DNA of 64,000 bases from Candidatus Saccharimonadota bacterium. Lineage in GTDB: Bacteria; Patescibacteriota; Saccharimonadia; Saccharimonadales; Saccharimonadaceae. Under the pieces are notes generated by a model, which made no database searches, was not told the DNA's origin, and saw nothing but the letters and a program-made list of their open reading frames with translations. Made by a program: the position numbers and the translations under genes. The DNA lies in assembly GCA_017514975.1 (NCBI GenBank), contig JAFWIF010000014.1, positions 52,070-116,069 of the forward strand. The letters run 5' to 3'. Below, piece after piece: positions 55,273-63,707 of this stretch (the first letter of the stretch is position 1; every line of letters begins with the position of its first letter).

Positions 55273-55875
55273 ATGGAAAAATTTTATTTAGAATTACCAA
55301 CGATCGGAAGAAAACAAGAAGCATTAGATTATTTACAAGAACATGTTGATAACGGCTCTGATTTAAATGGAACTGGCGGATTAAAAGATTGTTTAGAGGG
55401 AATAACTTATGAAGAATGGTTAGATGATGTTATTAAATTGCAAGAAAAAGAATATGCAGAATCTAAAAATAAAGTAACTGGTACAACTTTTTTCACAATT
55501 AGAGAAAGTGATAATAGAATTATTGGCATGGTAAATCTAAGACATTATTTAAATGATTATTTAAAAAACTTTGGTGGTCATATTGGTTATGGAATTAGAC
55601 CTACTGAAAGAAGAAAAGGATATGCAAAAATTCAATTATATCTAACACTAATCGAAGCACAAAAACTAGGAATTGATAAAGTAATGGTAGATTGTGTCAA
55701 TACAAATATTGGTTCTGAAAAAACGATTTTAGCATTAGGGGGAGAATTTGATAGACAGGTTCACGAAGATAATAGAGATGTGACATTAAATAATTATTGG
55801 ATAGATGTTAATGAATCTATAGAAAAATTCAAAGATGAATATGAGCAGTATGTAACAAAAGGAAAAGTTAAATAA
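55273..55875 (+). CDS. GNAT acetyltransferase (stand-alone paralog of the GH57-fused module), in an AT-rich islet
   Basis: FFTIRESDNRIIGMVNLRHYLNDYLKNFGGHIGYGIRPTERRKGYA. Start taken at the ATG at 55273. Confidence 0.75.
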   Translation: MEKFYLELPTIGRKQEALDYLQEHVDNGSDLNGTGGLKDCLEGITYEEWLDDVIKLQEKEYAESKNKVTGTTFFTIRESDNRIIGMVNLRHYLNDYLKNFGGHIGYGIRPTERRKGYAKIQLYLTLIEAQKLGIDKVMVDCVNTNIGSEKTILALGGEFDRQVHEDNRDVTLNNYWIDVNESIEKFKDEYEQYVTKGKVK

Positions 55876-56025
55876 TTATGGACGAAAAGGAATAATAAAT
55901 AATCATTATAATGATTATGAGGAGGGCAACAGATTTACTAAAGACAATTATCGTAGTTTATGAATATATAGTATCTAAAACTTATTTCGAAAAATATATA
56001 AAACCAGGAGATTCTAGGAGTTGAT

Positions 56026-56610
56026 ATGATGGGCTTTAAAAAAATGAGGGAATATACTCACGAAGAATTTGTAAATTTGATATTAAGCTTGGATGAACAA
56101 CAATTATTGGAGTTAAGCGCTAAATATGGTGGTTACCCTGTTCTACTTAGAATGGCTTTAGATGAGAGAATTAGTCACATACCATTTATTCAAACAGGAG
56201 CGGCTATCATTATAAGAAATGAAAATGGTCAAATTCTTTTACAAGAAAGAGCTGATAGAGATAAATGGGGGCTTCCAGGTGGATGCCAAGATTTAGGAGA
56301 AGATTTAAGAATCACTGCAGTAAGGGAAGCTTTTGAAGAAACAGGAATTAAACTTGATCCTAATGAAATTGAATTAATTGATACTTTATCTGGTGAATCT
56401 AGAAAGAATAGTTATCCGAATGGAGATATTGTCTATAATAATACATCATTATATTTAGCTGATGTGTCAATGGAAGATGCTTCTAATTTAAAAGGCGATT
56501 CTGAAACTAAGAGATTCAGATTCTTTAATCCTGAAGAAGTACCTGAAAATTTAATGGATGCAGATTTAATAAAATCATATGTTAGTTATATAAATAAAAG
56601 ACATAAATAA
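56026..56610 (+). CDS. NUDIX hydrolase
   Basis: AGGAG RBS. Nudix box GLPGGCQDLGEDLRITAVREAFEETGI. Confidence 0.8.
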   Translation: MMGFKKMREYTHEEFVNLILSLDEQQLLELSAKYGGYPVLLRMALDERISHIPFIQTGAAIIIRNENGQILLQERADRDKWGLPGGCQDLGEDLRITAVREAFEETGIKLDPNEIELIDTLSGESRKNSYPNGDIVYNNTSLYLADVSMEDASNLKGDSETKRFRFFNPEEVPENLMDADLIKSYVSYINKRHK

Positions 56611-56781
56611 GAACATCTCTCCACGCTTCCAAAACGCTTATGCTTAGTGTTTTCGAACTGATGTAATAACTTCAAGTTAATTGCAGTGCAGAGTTCTGCG
56701 CCTTTCTCCAGCGAGAGGGGGTAGCCCCTCATATTTTATGCGCAGATTCTACATAAAGGCTTATAGCTTTGCTGGAGCCGT

Positions 56782-56840
56782 AGAGGCTTAAAACAATGAC
56801 AATGAAGAAAATAAAAGAAATGCAATGTCAATGGTATAAT
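56782..56840 (+). repeat. 59-nt direct repeat, copy 1 (extended -10 promoter-like, or the start of a small ORF)
   Basis: AGAGGCTTAAAACAATGACAATGAAGAAAATAAAAGAAATGCAATGTCAATGGTATAAT differs from copy 2 at 3 positions. Confidence 0.8.
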
Positions 56841-56990
56841 TATAATGCGTGGCGACACGATGTTCTATAAGAAAGGCGTTACAGATCCGGATTACTGTGT
56901 ACTAAAATTCACCGCAACAAACGGCCGATATTTATTGTGACCTAAAAACCGAAGACTTCAAAGTGTAATCAAAAAAACGAAAGGGAATAA

Positions 56991-57458
56991 ATGTACAAAA
57001 AAGAATTCATGGAAATCGCAGTAGATGAAGCAAAGGACGGCATCCTCAATCATGATGGCGGACCCTTTGGCGCGGTAATAGTAAGAGATGGCGAAGTAAT
57101 TGCGTCGGGGCACAACCGAGTGCTTTCTTTCAACGATTCGACTTGCCATGGCGAAATTGACGCAATACGAAAAGCGGAGAGTAAACTTGGAACTTATGAC
57201 CTCTCGGGCTGCGAGCTTTATACTACAGGGGAGCCTTGCCCGATGTGCCTTGCAGCAATTTTATGGGCAAATGTCGAAAAGGTATATTATGGATGTAGGC
57301 TGAGCGATAATGAAGAAATTGGATTTCGCGATGCTAAGTTTGATAAGATGATGGGCGGAAGATCCAACTTGTCTGAAGGCTTTATGGAAGAAAAAGACCG
57401 AGACCTATGCCTCAGCATATTTGAAGAATACAAAAAAATGGAAGCAAAAAGGTACTAA
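56991..57458 (+). CDS. CMP/dCMP-type zinc deaminase (guanine deaminase/TadA-like nucleoside deaminase)
   Basis: CHGEIDAIRKA (HxE) and EPCPMCLAAI (PCxxC) zinc motifs. Confidence 0.8.
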   Translation: MYKKEFMEIAVDEAKDGILNHDGGPFGAVIVRDGEVIASGHNRVLSFNDSTCHGEIDAIRKAESKLGTYDLSGCELYTTGEPCPMCLAAILWANVEKVYYGCRLSDNEEIGFRDAKFDKMMGGRSNLSEGFMEEKDRDLCLSIFEEYKKMEAKRY

Positions 57459-57476
57459 TAAAAATAAGCGCCCCGC

Positions 57477-57535
57477 AGAGGCTTAAAACAATGGCAATGA
57501 AGAAAATAAAAGAAAAACAATGTCAATGGTATAAT
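57477..57535 (+). repeat. 59-nt direct repeat, copy 2
   Basis: AGAGGCTTAAAACAATGGCAATGAAGAAAATAAAAGAAAAACAATGTCAATGGTATAAT. Confidence 0.8.
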
Positions 57536-57579
57536 AGTAACTATAATATTGAGCAATTATATCTTTAAAGGAGACCTCT

Positions 57580-57840
57580 ATGGCATTACAGCTAACCGAC
57601 GAATGGGATAAAGTATTCGAAAAAAGCGACATAGTAAACCACAGAAAGGCTTCTTTCAAAAACCATTTCGGAATCGAAATAGCGGCAGATTTATACGAAC
57701 CAAAAGAAAGAAACGGTAAGTTGCCGGCAATTGCTATATCTGGACCATACGGCGCAGTTAAAGAACAGTCATCTGGCCTCTACGCTCAAACCTTAGCGGA
57801 ACGCGGTTTTTTGACTCTAGCTTTCGATCCTCGAAATTGA
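57580..57840 (+). pseudogene. N-terminal fragment (86 aa) of an alpha/beta hydrolase
   Basis: AAAGGAG RBS. The sequence ...LPAIAISGPYGAVKEQSSGLYAQTLAERGFLTLAFDPRN ends at a stop where this family normally continues for more than 200 aa. The convergent gene begins 68 nt later. Confidence 0.5.
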
Positions 57841-57907
57841 TGCACAAAAAAGGGTGATTTGATGGGCGAAATTTGCCTATCAAATCTATCCATGCTCAAA
57901 AACTAAC

Positions 57908-58885
57908 TTATTTGGTCTCTGTCCTAACTTCTTGATGCAACTTCGCAAATTTCTTTGATTTGTTGTCGAGTTCGTCAAACTCTTTTTCGGTGAGTTTTTC
58001 TTTCATCCCTGATTCGATGAAGTTGCGCAGTACCCCCACCAAGATGAATGGTCTTACGAAGGTGGAGTGGATGATGAGCCACATGATTACACCGCCGATT
58101 CCGGCTGCGATTAATTGTAAGTCGTTTGGATTGGTTAAGAATTCCATGCTCCCGTCTTCGGCCGCTAGCTCTGTGAACTCGTTTGCTAGTGCAGTAAATG
58201 CTTCTGGGAACGCTAGCGTGATGAGATAGAATAGGCCGAAGAATACCCCGCCAACCACTAATAGAGAAAGGGTTCCCAGACCAAAGATTCTTCCTAAATT
58301 CTTTGCCAAAGTTTTGCCATTTTTAAAGAATAACACCCCGCCCTCAAGTGTAGCTTTAGTTGACTTTTCATCTTTTCTATAGAACACCCAACCCAAACAA
58401 CAATCACAAAGATATCCTACTACGACATTGATAGCACTTGAGATTATGCTACCAATCGTGCTACCAGTGTCGCCACCAATGGCGTTGCCGACTGCCGTGA
58501 TTGCTTTGCCGATCTCGTTAAAGATTCCCTTGATGACGTTTGTGACTGCATAGTAGGCTGCTACCGTTAAGAATCGTTCCTTGACGATTTTTTTACCTTC
58601 ATTGTACACGTCGTCTGGTAGCTTCCCGTCCGCGATTGCGCGTGTCATCATGGCGATTTGCCCGGCTTTAAAGATGTATGAGAAGAAATGCGATACGATA
58701 GCGACAATTATTATGCCAATTATAATGCCTATAGCTAAGCCAATTAATCCGTTGTTGGCTGCTTTATCTGCCAAGAAGAAGCCTGCCGATGAGACTAATA
58801 TTATTATGATGAATGCAAAGACATTCCATAGGAAACGTCTTAGTGAGAAAGTTAGTGTTTTTTTATAGATTGCTTTATTATCCAT
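57908..58885 (-). CDS. Polytopic membrane protein, unknown function
   Basis: 325 aa with several TMs. There is a Gly/Ile-rich helix GLIGLAIGIIIGIIIVAIV and a CDCC motif. Confidence 0.5.
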   Translation of the reverse strand: MDNKAIYKKTLTFSLRRFLWNVFAFIIIILVSSAGFFLADKAANNGLIGLAIGIIIGIIIVAIVSHFFSYIFKAGQIAMMTRAIADGKLPDDVYNEGKKIVKERFLTVAAYYAVTNVIKGIFNEIGKAITAVGNAIGGDTGSTIGSIISSAINVVVGYLCDCCLGWVFYRKDEKSTKATLEGGVLFFKNGKTLAKNLGRIFGLGTLSLLVVGGVFFGLFYLITLAFPEAFTALANEFTELAAEDGSMEFLTNPNDLQLIAAGIGGVIMWLIIHSTFVRPFILVGVLRNFIESGMKEKLTEKEFDELDNKSKKFAKLHQEVRTETK

Positions 58886-59151
58886 AATACCTTACCCTAA
58901 ATTATGTATTATTATACCACATCATAATAATCAAAATAAATCGTTTATACTGGTAGTGAAGAAACTTGTCAAACCGTCACCACTCATAAACGAGTAGATA
59001 AGGCCATAATTAATATATACTAAACTAAGGACACTGAAGAGAATTCGAGGAAGGGGTCGTTTTTCGTATTTGCTAAGGAACTTTGCGGACAAAATGGATG
59101 AAAAATATTTTGCGAAAGTCAAAATCATCGTACTCGATTTATAGTAAAATT

Positions 59152-59186
59152 TAATAAATAAAAGAAGTCCCATTGGGACTTCTTTT
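59152..59186 (-). terminator. Rho-independent terminator of the 59221..59622 gene
   Basis: The minus strand reads GAAGTCCC-AAT-GGGACTTC followed by TTTTATTTATT. Confidence 0.65.
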
Positions 59187-59220
59187 ATTCCTATGGTGAG
59201 GGGGCAATAAGATGTACTAA

Positions 59221-59622
59221 CTATTTATTCTCTTTCCTCACTTGAGCAAGAAAATAAAGACCTATTGTATCAATAATGAAGTCGAGCGACAAGAGGCCCG
59301 TAACGCCAGTTTTTGTAGTAAAGAAAGTTACAATAGCGCTGACAATACCCAAAATCAACAAAACTCCATAAAGTGTACCGTCGCTTTTCTTAGCTGCAAC
59401 TCTTCCTGCAAGCCAGAAATACCACAAGTTGAGCAGAACAGTTACTCCGGCTGTAATACCAAGTTTTATCATTCCTTCATTACCACCTAGACTTTCTTCC
59501 AAACCGTTGCGAAGTTCTGGCATGGCGAAACAAATAATTGTACCGATAGTATAAAATGCAGCAACAATAATATAAATCCAACTAAATGATTTCATTGCTT
59601 CATACGATGATTTTTTTGACAT
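59221..59622 (-). CDS. Four-TM membrane protein, unknown function
   Basis: 133 aa, with AGGAG 7 nt before the ATG and a hydrophobic profile. Confidence 0.5.
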   Translation of the reverse strand: MSKKSSYEAMKSFSWIYIIVAAFYTIGTIICFAMPELRNGLEESLGGNEGMIKLGITAGVTVLLNLWYFWLAGRVAAKKSDGTLYGVLLILGIVSAIVTFFTTKTGVTGLLSLDFIIDTIGLYFLAQVRKENK

Positions 59623-60036
59623 ATATATTGCTCCTTAATTGAATATATTGTACTTTAAGTATATCACGATACCGTGAAATATCAAATACTTGTGCTTTAA
59701 TCTTGAATAAAAAATAAAAATCTAAAGGTCTTATTATAGTGGTGAGCGTTGCAGGGAGATTCTTGATGCAGCAGACGACAGAACGCGCCGTATCTGTGCG
59801 GTAGTTGATTGGATTTGGGAGCACCCGGAATACAACCCCAAGACGAAGGTTATCCCGAAGAAGGATTACCCTGTTTTAGTAGATGTTGCATTCTAATCAG
59901 GAATCACAAGGAGATGAACATTGAACCAATGTAAAGGAATAACTATTCCTGCAATGTCATTGAAAGCACCTCGTAGTTAAGCATAAGCTATTTGACTAAC
60001 ACGCGTAATTATTGCGTAATATGATATAATATAGTC

Positions 60037-63009
60037 ATGAAACTGAAAGAGCTTTTTAATAAACTTGCTCAAAGGACCCATTCGGACAATGAGGTCAATC
60101 TTCTTTCATTCTCTCCCCAAAAAACGCAAAAACCTAACCAATATATACTTAGACAAATAAAGGCCGCTACTAGCATAAAAAACCGACGAGATAATAATAT
60201 AGCACTTGATGGAGATTATGGCGTCGGAAAAAGTAGTATATTATACAGCCTAAAGACAGATTTCAGATGGCGTATTGTTAATCGCCCAAAAACCATTTCA
60301 TTCCTTTCGTTTTTGGCAGATAAAAATGATAACGAAAAGAATCAGGACGAAGAGCATAAATCAAAAAATGAAAATGCCAAAAGAGATAGGATAGATAGTA
60401 AATATTTACAAAGTGAAATAATAAGGCAACTATATTATGGAGAACGAGCTAATAAGCTTAAAGGGAGCGGCTATAAGAGGATTGGCAAACATTATCTTTT
60501 TGGGTCTCTTTTTATAAGTATGATTCTAGGGACATTCCTATTGCTCCAAATCTATAACATTAATGCTATTACCTTTATTAACGCGCTCATTGAGTGCGCC
60601 GAAAGAGGCATTAATCCTGGCATGCCCAACATTTATGCCTTAGTGTGGATCATAATAGTCATAATACTTACGTTGTTGATTAATGCAGTTTTCAAACTCA
60701 TAGCGAATGGAGATATCAAGAGCATATCCGCCAAAGATCTCTCGATAGAATTATCCGATTCAGAACCGGATTTCAACCAGCTTATTGACTTATTGATCTA
60801 CTATTTTCGCAAAACCAAGCGACGCGTTATTATATTTGAAGATCTTGATCGTCTCCAAAATCCAAAAATCTTCGAAGAATTACGCCAACTCAATTTTACG
60901 CTCAACAACAGAATTAAACCTTTTGGGACTATCAAGTTTATTTATGCCACTAGAAGCGATTTGTTCATCGCGAATGCAACACAAGATACTGGTATAGAAA
61001 AAATTAATACTAAGGTGTTCGACCTAATTATTCCGGTTATTCCATTTCTAACAAAAGTTAATTTCAGCAATGTCCTCCAAGACGAATGCAAAACAATTGG
61101 CCTAGATTGGAAAATAAATGGAATTGAAAACATACTAAGCCGCCATACTTCCGACATGAGAGTCGTAAAAGCGGTTCTTAACAATATACTCGTCTATAAA
61201 AATACCTTCAATTTGCAAACTGATGACGATTATAAGAATGCTGCGGCACTATCTGTCCTTCGCGTCTTTGCACCAAATGACTACATGAGATTATCGACTG
61301 GAGATAGCTTATTAGATTTTACGAGAGAACATTGTTTGATTAAAAAAGAAGCGAGTATTAAACAGGCACGAGAAAGACATACGCCGGAATATAAGATTAA
61401 GCAAAACTCCAAAACTATATGGACGGCAATCAGAAATATAGGTAATCAGTTACCACAGAATGCTAATCCTCAGCATATCGTAATAAACAATGAGCAAATT
61501 ACAGCAAATAACGACTCACTAATAAAGATATATAAAACTGAGCAAAATTCAAATATTCAAGTCTACTGGGGAAACTACGGGCAAAGAAATTACAACACGC
61601 AGCAAATCAGAGACATCATCGCGCCATATACAAAAGAAAACCCCTCAGGCACTCCAATTGAAAAAGAAATTAAAGAATTGGCAGAAAGAGATTGTTTTAC
61701 ATTTTATGACGATTCAATTGCTTTAGCAAACGAAGGATCTGATAAGAAAACGCAAGCGATCGTAAAAGAGCTATTGGAGAACGCTTTCGTAACGGAAGGC
61801 TACACTAGGTTTATAACACAAGCAACCAACATGGATAAGGATGTAGATCAGGCCTTACGGTATATTTTTGGATATATACGTAGCAATAAAAGAAATGACG
61901 AGTATGTGCTTAGCCCCGAAACAGCGACTGAAATAATGACCCGAATAGACAATACAGATTTACTATCGGCCGGAATGTACAACTATAACTTATTCGACTT
62001 TATAATCAGAAACATCGATCAATACTCAAACAAACTAGACCGTATATTGCAAAATGCAAAAGTCGAGCTTAGTTCATTTATGGACTTTTTTGACAATTAT
62101 TGCCACAAGTATAAGAGCGAACTGGAATCCGAAAGCTGCACTGGATTAAATGAACCCGTCATAATGGATCTTTCAAAAACAATTCCCCCAGTATTTTTAA
62201 CTATGAAACTGGCTAAGATGTACCCAGGGGAGCTGATGGCAAAAATATCGCAATCTACCCTAAAAGACACAAACGCAAAAGAAGTAATTTATAATATTGC
62301 CGTCATTAACCTTGACGATCCGTTAAGTTTAGTGTTAGAAGAACACGACCGTAGCTTCCTAACATATTATGCTGATACAATCATAAAAAATGAGAATGGA
62401 AAAGAAAATCTATTCAAATTATTTATAGCTAACGATATTCCAATCAACGATCTGAAAACCTTTAATGTATCAAGCGATGACGTCAAAAACTATTTAGATA
62501 AAATACTAATCGTAATTAACGAGCAAAACCTGGCTATACTTGAAGACGATGTCTTGATAAATTATATATCTACGCACCAGCTAACGGCAGACGGCTTTAA
62601 AGCAATAATGAATAGTGACAAGGCCAACGTAAAACATCATGTTGTAAAGAATATAGAAAAGGTTGTAGCGAACGATAGTCTGCCAGGACGCATACAAGAA
62701 GCCGCAGCATACATTTACGAAAAGAAAATATCACTTACTCAAGACGAGCTATTTCAATATGCTGGAAAAACTAATACGAAAAATCTAATTGGAATATCCA
62801 TAATTCCAGACCTAACAAGAGAAGAAATCGTAGCCGTTATGGCTAAATGCGACGATGGCAATCTTAGTAAAATTCAAATTAAAAACTCACTAATTAAACT
62901 TAGCTCAAATAAAAGTAACGAAATATTCGCCGAAAAGCTTGAATCATTAGGTCTAGTAAGGCGCCAAAATAGCCGCAATCATAAAATAATCAGACTCCAA
63001 GTATTATAA
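60037..63009 (+). CDS. KAP/YobI-type P-loop NTPase with two TM helices inserted between Walker A and Walker B
   Basis: Walker A is GDYGVGKS (res 59-66). TM helices lie at about res 152-172 and 199-221. Walker B is VIIFEDLDR (res 264-272). A roughly 700-aa alpha-helical C-terminal region follows. Confidence 0.7.
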   Translation: MKLKELFNKLAQRTHSDNEVNLLSFSPQKTQKPNQYILRQIKAATSIKNRRDNNIALDGDYGVGKSSILYSLKTDFRWRIVNRPKTISFLSFLADKNDNEKNQDEEHKSKNENAKRDRIDSKYLQSEIIRQLYYGERANKLKGSGYKRIGKHYLFGSLFISMILGTFLLLQIYNINAITFINALIECAERGINPGMPNIYALVWIIIVIILTLLINAVFKLIANGDIKSISAKDLSIELSDSEPDFNQLIDLLIYYFRKTKRRVIIFEDLDRLQNPKIFEELRQLNFTLNNRIKPFGTIKFIYATRSDLFIANATQDTGIEKINTKVFDLIIPVIPFLTKVNFSNVLQDECKTIGLDWKINGIENILSRHTSDMRVVKAVLNNILVYKNTFNLQTDDDYKNAAALSVLRVFAPNDYMRLSTGDSLLDFTREHCLIKKEASIKQARERHTPEYKIKQNSKTIWTAIRNIGNQLPQNANPQHIVINNEQITANNDSLIKIYKTEQNSNIQVYWGNYGQRNYNTQQIRDIIAPYTKENPSGTPIEKEIKELAERDCFTFYDDSIALANEGSDKKTQAIVKELLENAFVTEGYTRFITQATNMDKDVDQALRYIFGYIRSNKRNDEYVLSPETATEIMTRIDNTDLLSAGMYNYNLFDFIIRNIDQYSNKLDRILQNAKVELSSFMDFFDNYCHKYKSELESESCTGLNEPVIMDLSKTIPPVFLTMKLAKMYPGELMAKISQSTLKDTNAKEVIYNIAVINLDDPLSLVLEEHDRSFLTYYADTIIKNENGKENLFKLFIANDIPINDLKTFNVSSDDVKNYLDKILIVINEQNLAILEDDVLINYISTHQLTADGFKAIMNSDKANVKHHVVKNIEKVVANDSLPGRIQEAAAYIYEKKISLTQDELFQYAGKTNTKNLIGISIIPDLTREEIVAVMAKCDDGNLSKIQIKNSLIKLSSNKSNEIFAEKLESLGLVRRQNSRNHKIIRLQVL

Positions 63010-63060
63010 TTAATACAGAACACCGCTTAATGGCGCAACCTCTAAAGAAACGGGGTTATT

Positions 63061-63525
63061 ATGGCAAAACGCCACCCATTCAAGAAAGTAAAACCCGGCG
63101 AACCGATACCGGTTACCGCTCGTGAGCTCGAAAGTTTCATGCTCGAACATAACGGCAGATTCAATTCGCGCGATTACGACAAGTTCGAACGTATGGAGCT
63201 AATGGAGTCGCCCGTCCGCGACGCAATCCACGAATTAAAGACTTATTCCCTAGAAACACTAGCACAGCGCTTTGATATACGCCTTTTTGGGCGCGGTAAG
63301 CGCGTTTTTGCAAGGTTAGATGCCGAAGACGACAAATGGTACTACTTTTCCCTCGCATACATTCCACGCGCGCTAAACAACCGCGACGTGAATGACGCGA
63401 TGGTTCAGATGTTTTTCATAGGTAAGTGGCGCGTTTGCAAGCTTTCGCTCTGGGCCGAGCCGGAAGATATTAACCATTACGGCGACGATTCTAACAAAAC
63501 ATTCTATCATTTAGTCAATAGATAG
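63061..63525 (+). CDS. Hypothetical protein (154 aa) downstream of the KAP NTPase
   Basis: The ORF shows coding-like composition. I recognised no motif. Confidence 0.4.
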   Translation: MAKRHPFKKVKPGEPIPVTARELESFMLEHNGRFNSRDYDKFERMELMESPVRDAIHELKTYSLETLAQRFDIRLFGRGKRVFARLDAEDDKWYYFSLAYIPRALNNRDVNDAMVQMFFIGKWRVCKLSLWAEPEDINHYGDDSNKTFYHLVNR

Positions 63526-63707
63526 CATCCACTTGGACACAATTGGGTTTTGAAAGTTATTGTGCAGAAAAAGAGGTGGGATTTTTTCTTGACACGAAAC
63601 GGTGAAAATTATGAATTTTCGGAAAAACACTACAATATTATACAAAATTGTTGCGTTTTGCGATATTATGATATTAGAAAAAGCTTATGCTAAAAGGAAA
63701 AACAAAC

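Noticed and set aside
56841-56990. A purine/guanine-type riboswitch in the 150-nt leader of the deaminase gene
   Set aside because: I tried to fit the three-way junction consensus (P1-P2-P3 with conserved J2-3 and J3-1) and could not. Only a small CGTG-GCGA-CACG hairpin and an ATCCGGAT palindrome are present. The leader instead contains a 31-codon ORF (MRGDTMFYKKGVTDPDYCVLKFTATNGRYLL) that may be another gene stump.
58931-59173. An 80-aa minus-strand ORF
   Set aside because: Its start codon lies inside the terminator hairpin of the upstream gene. It has no RBS and is a very AT-rich, low-complexity frame.
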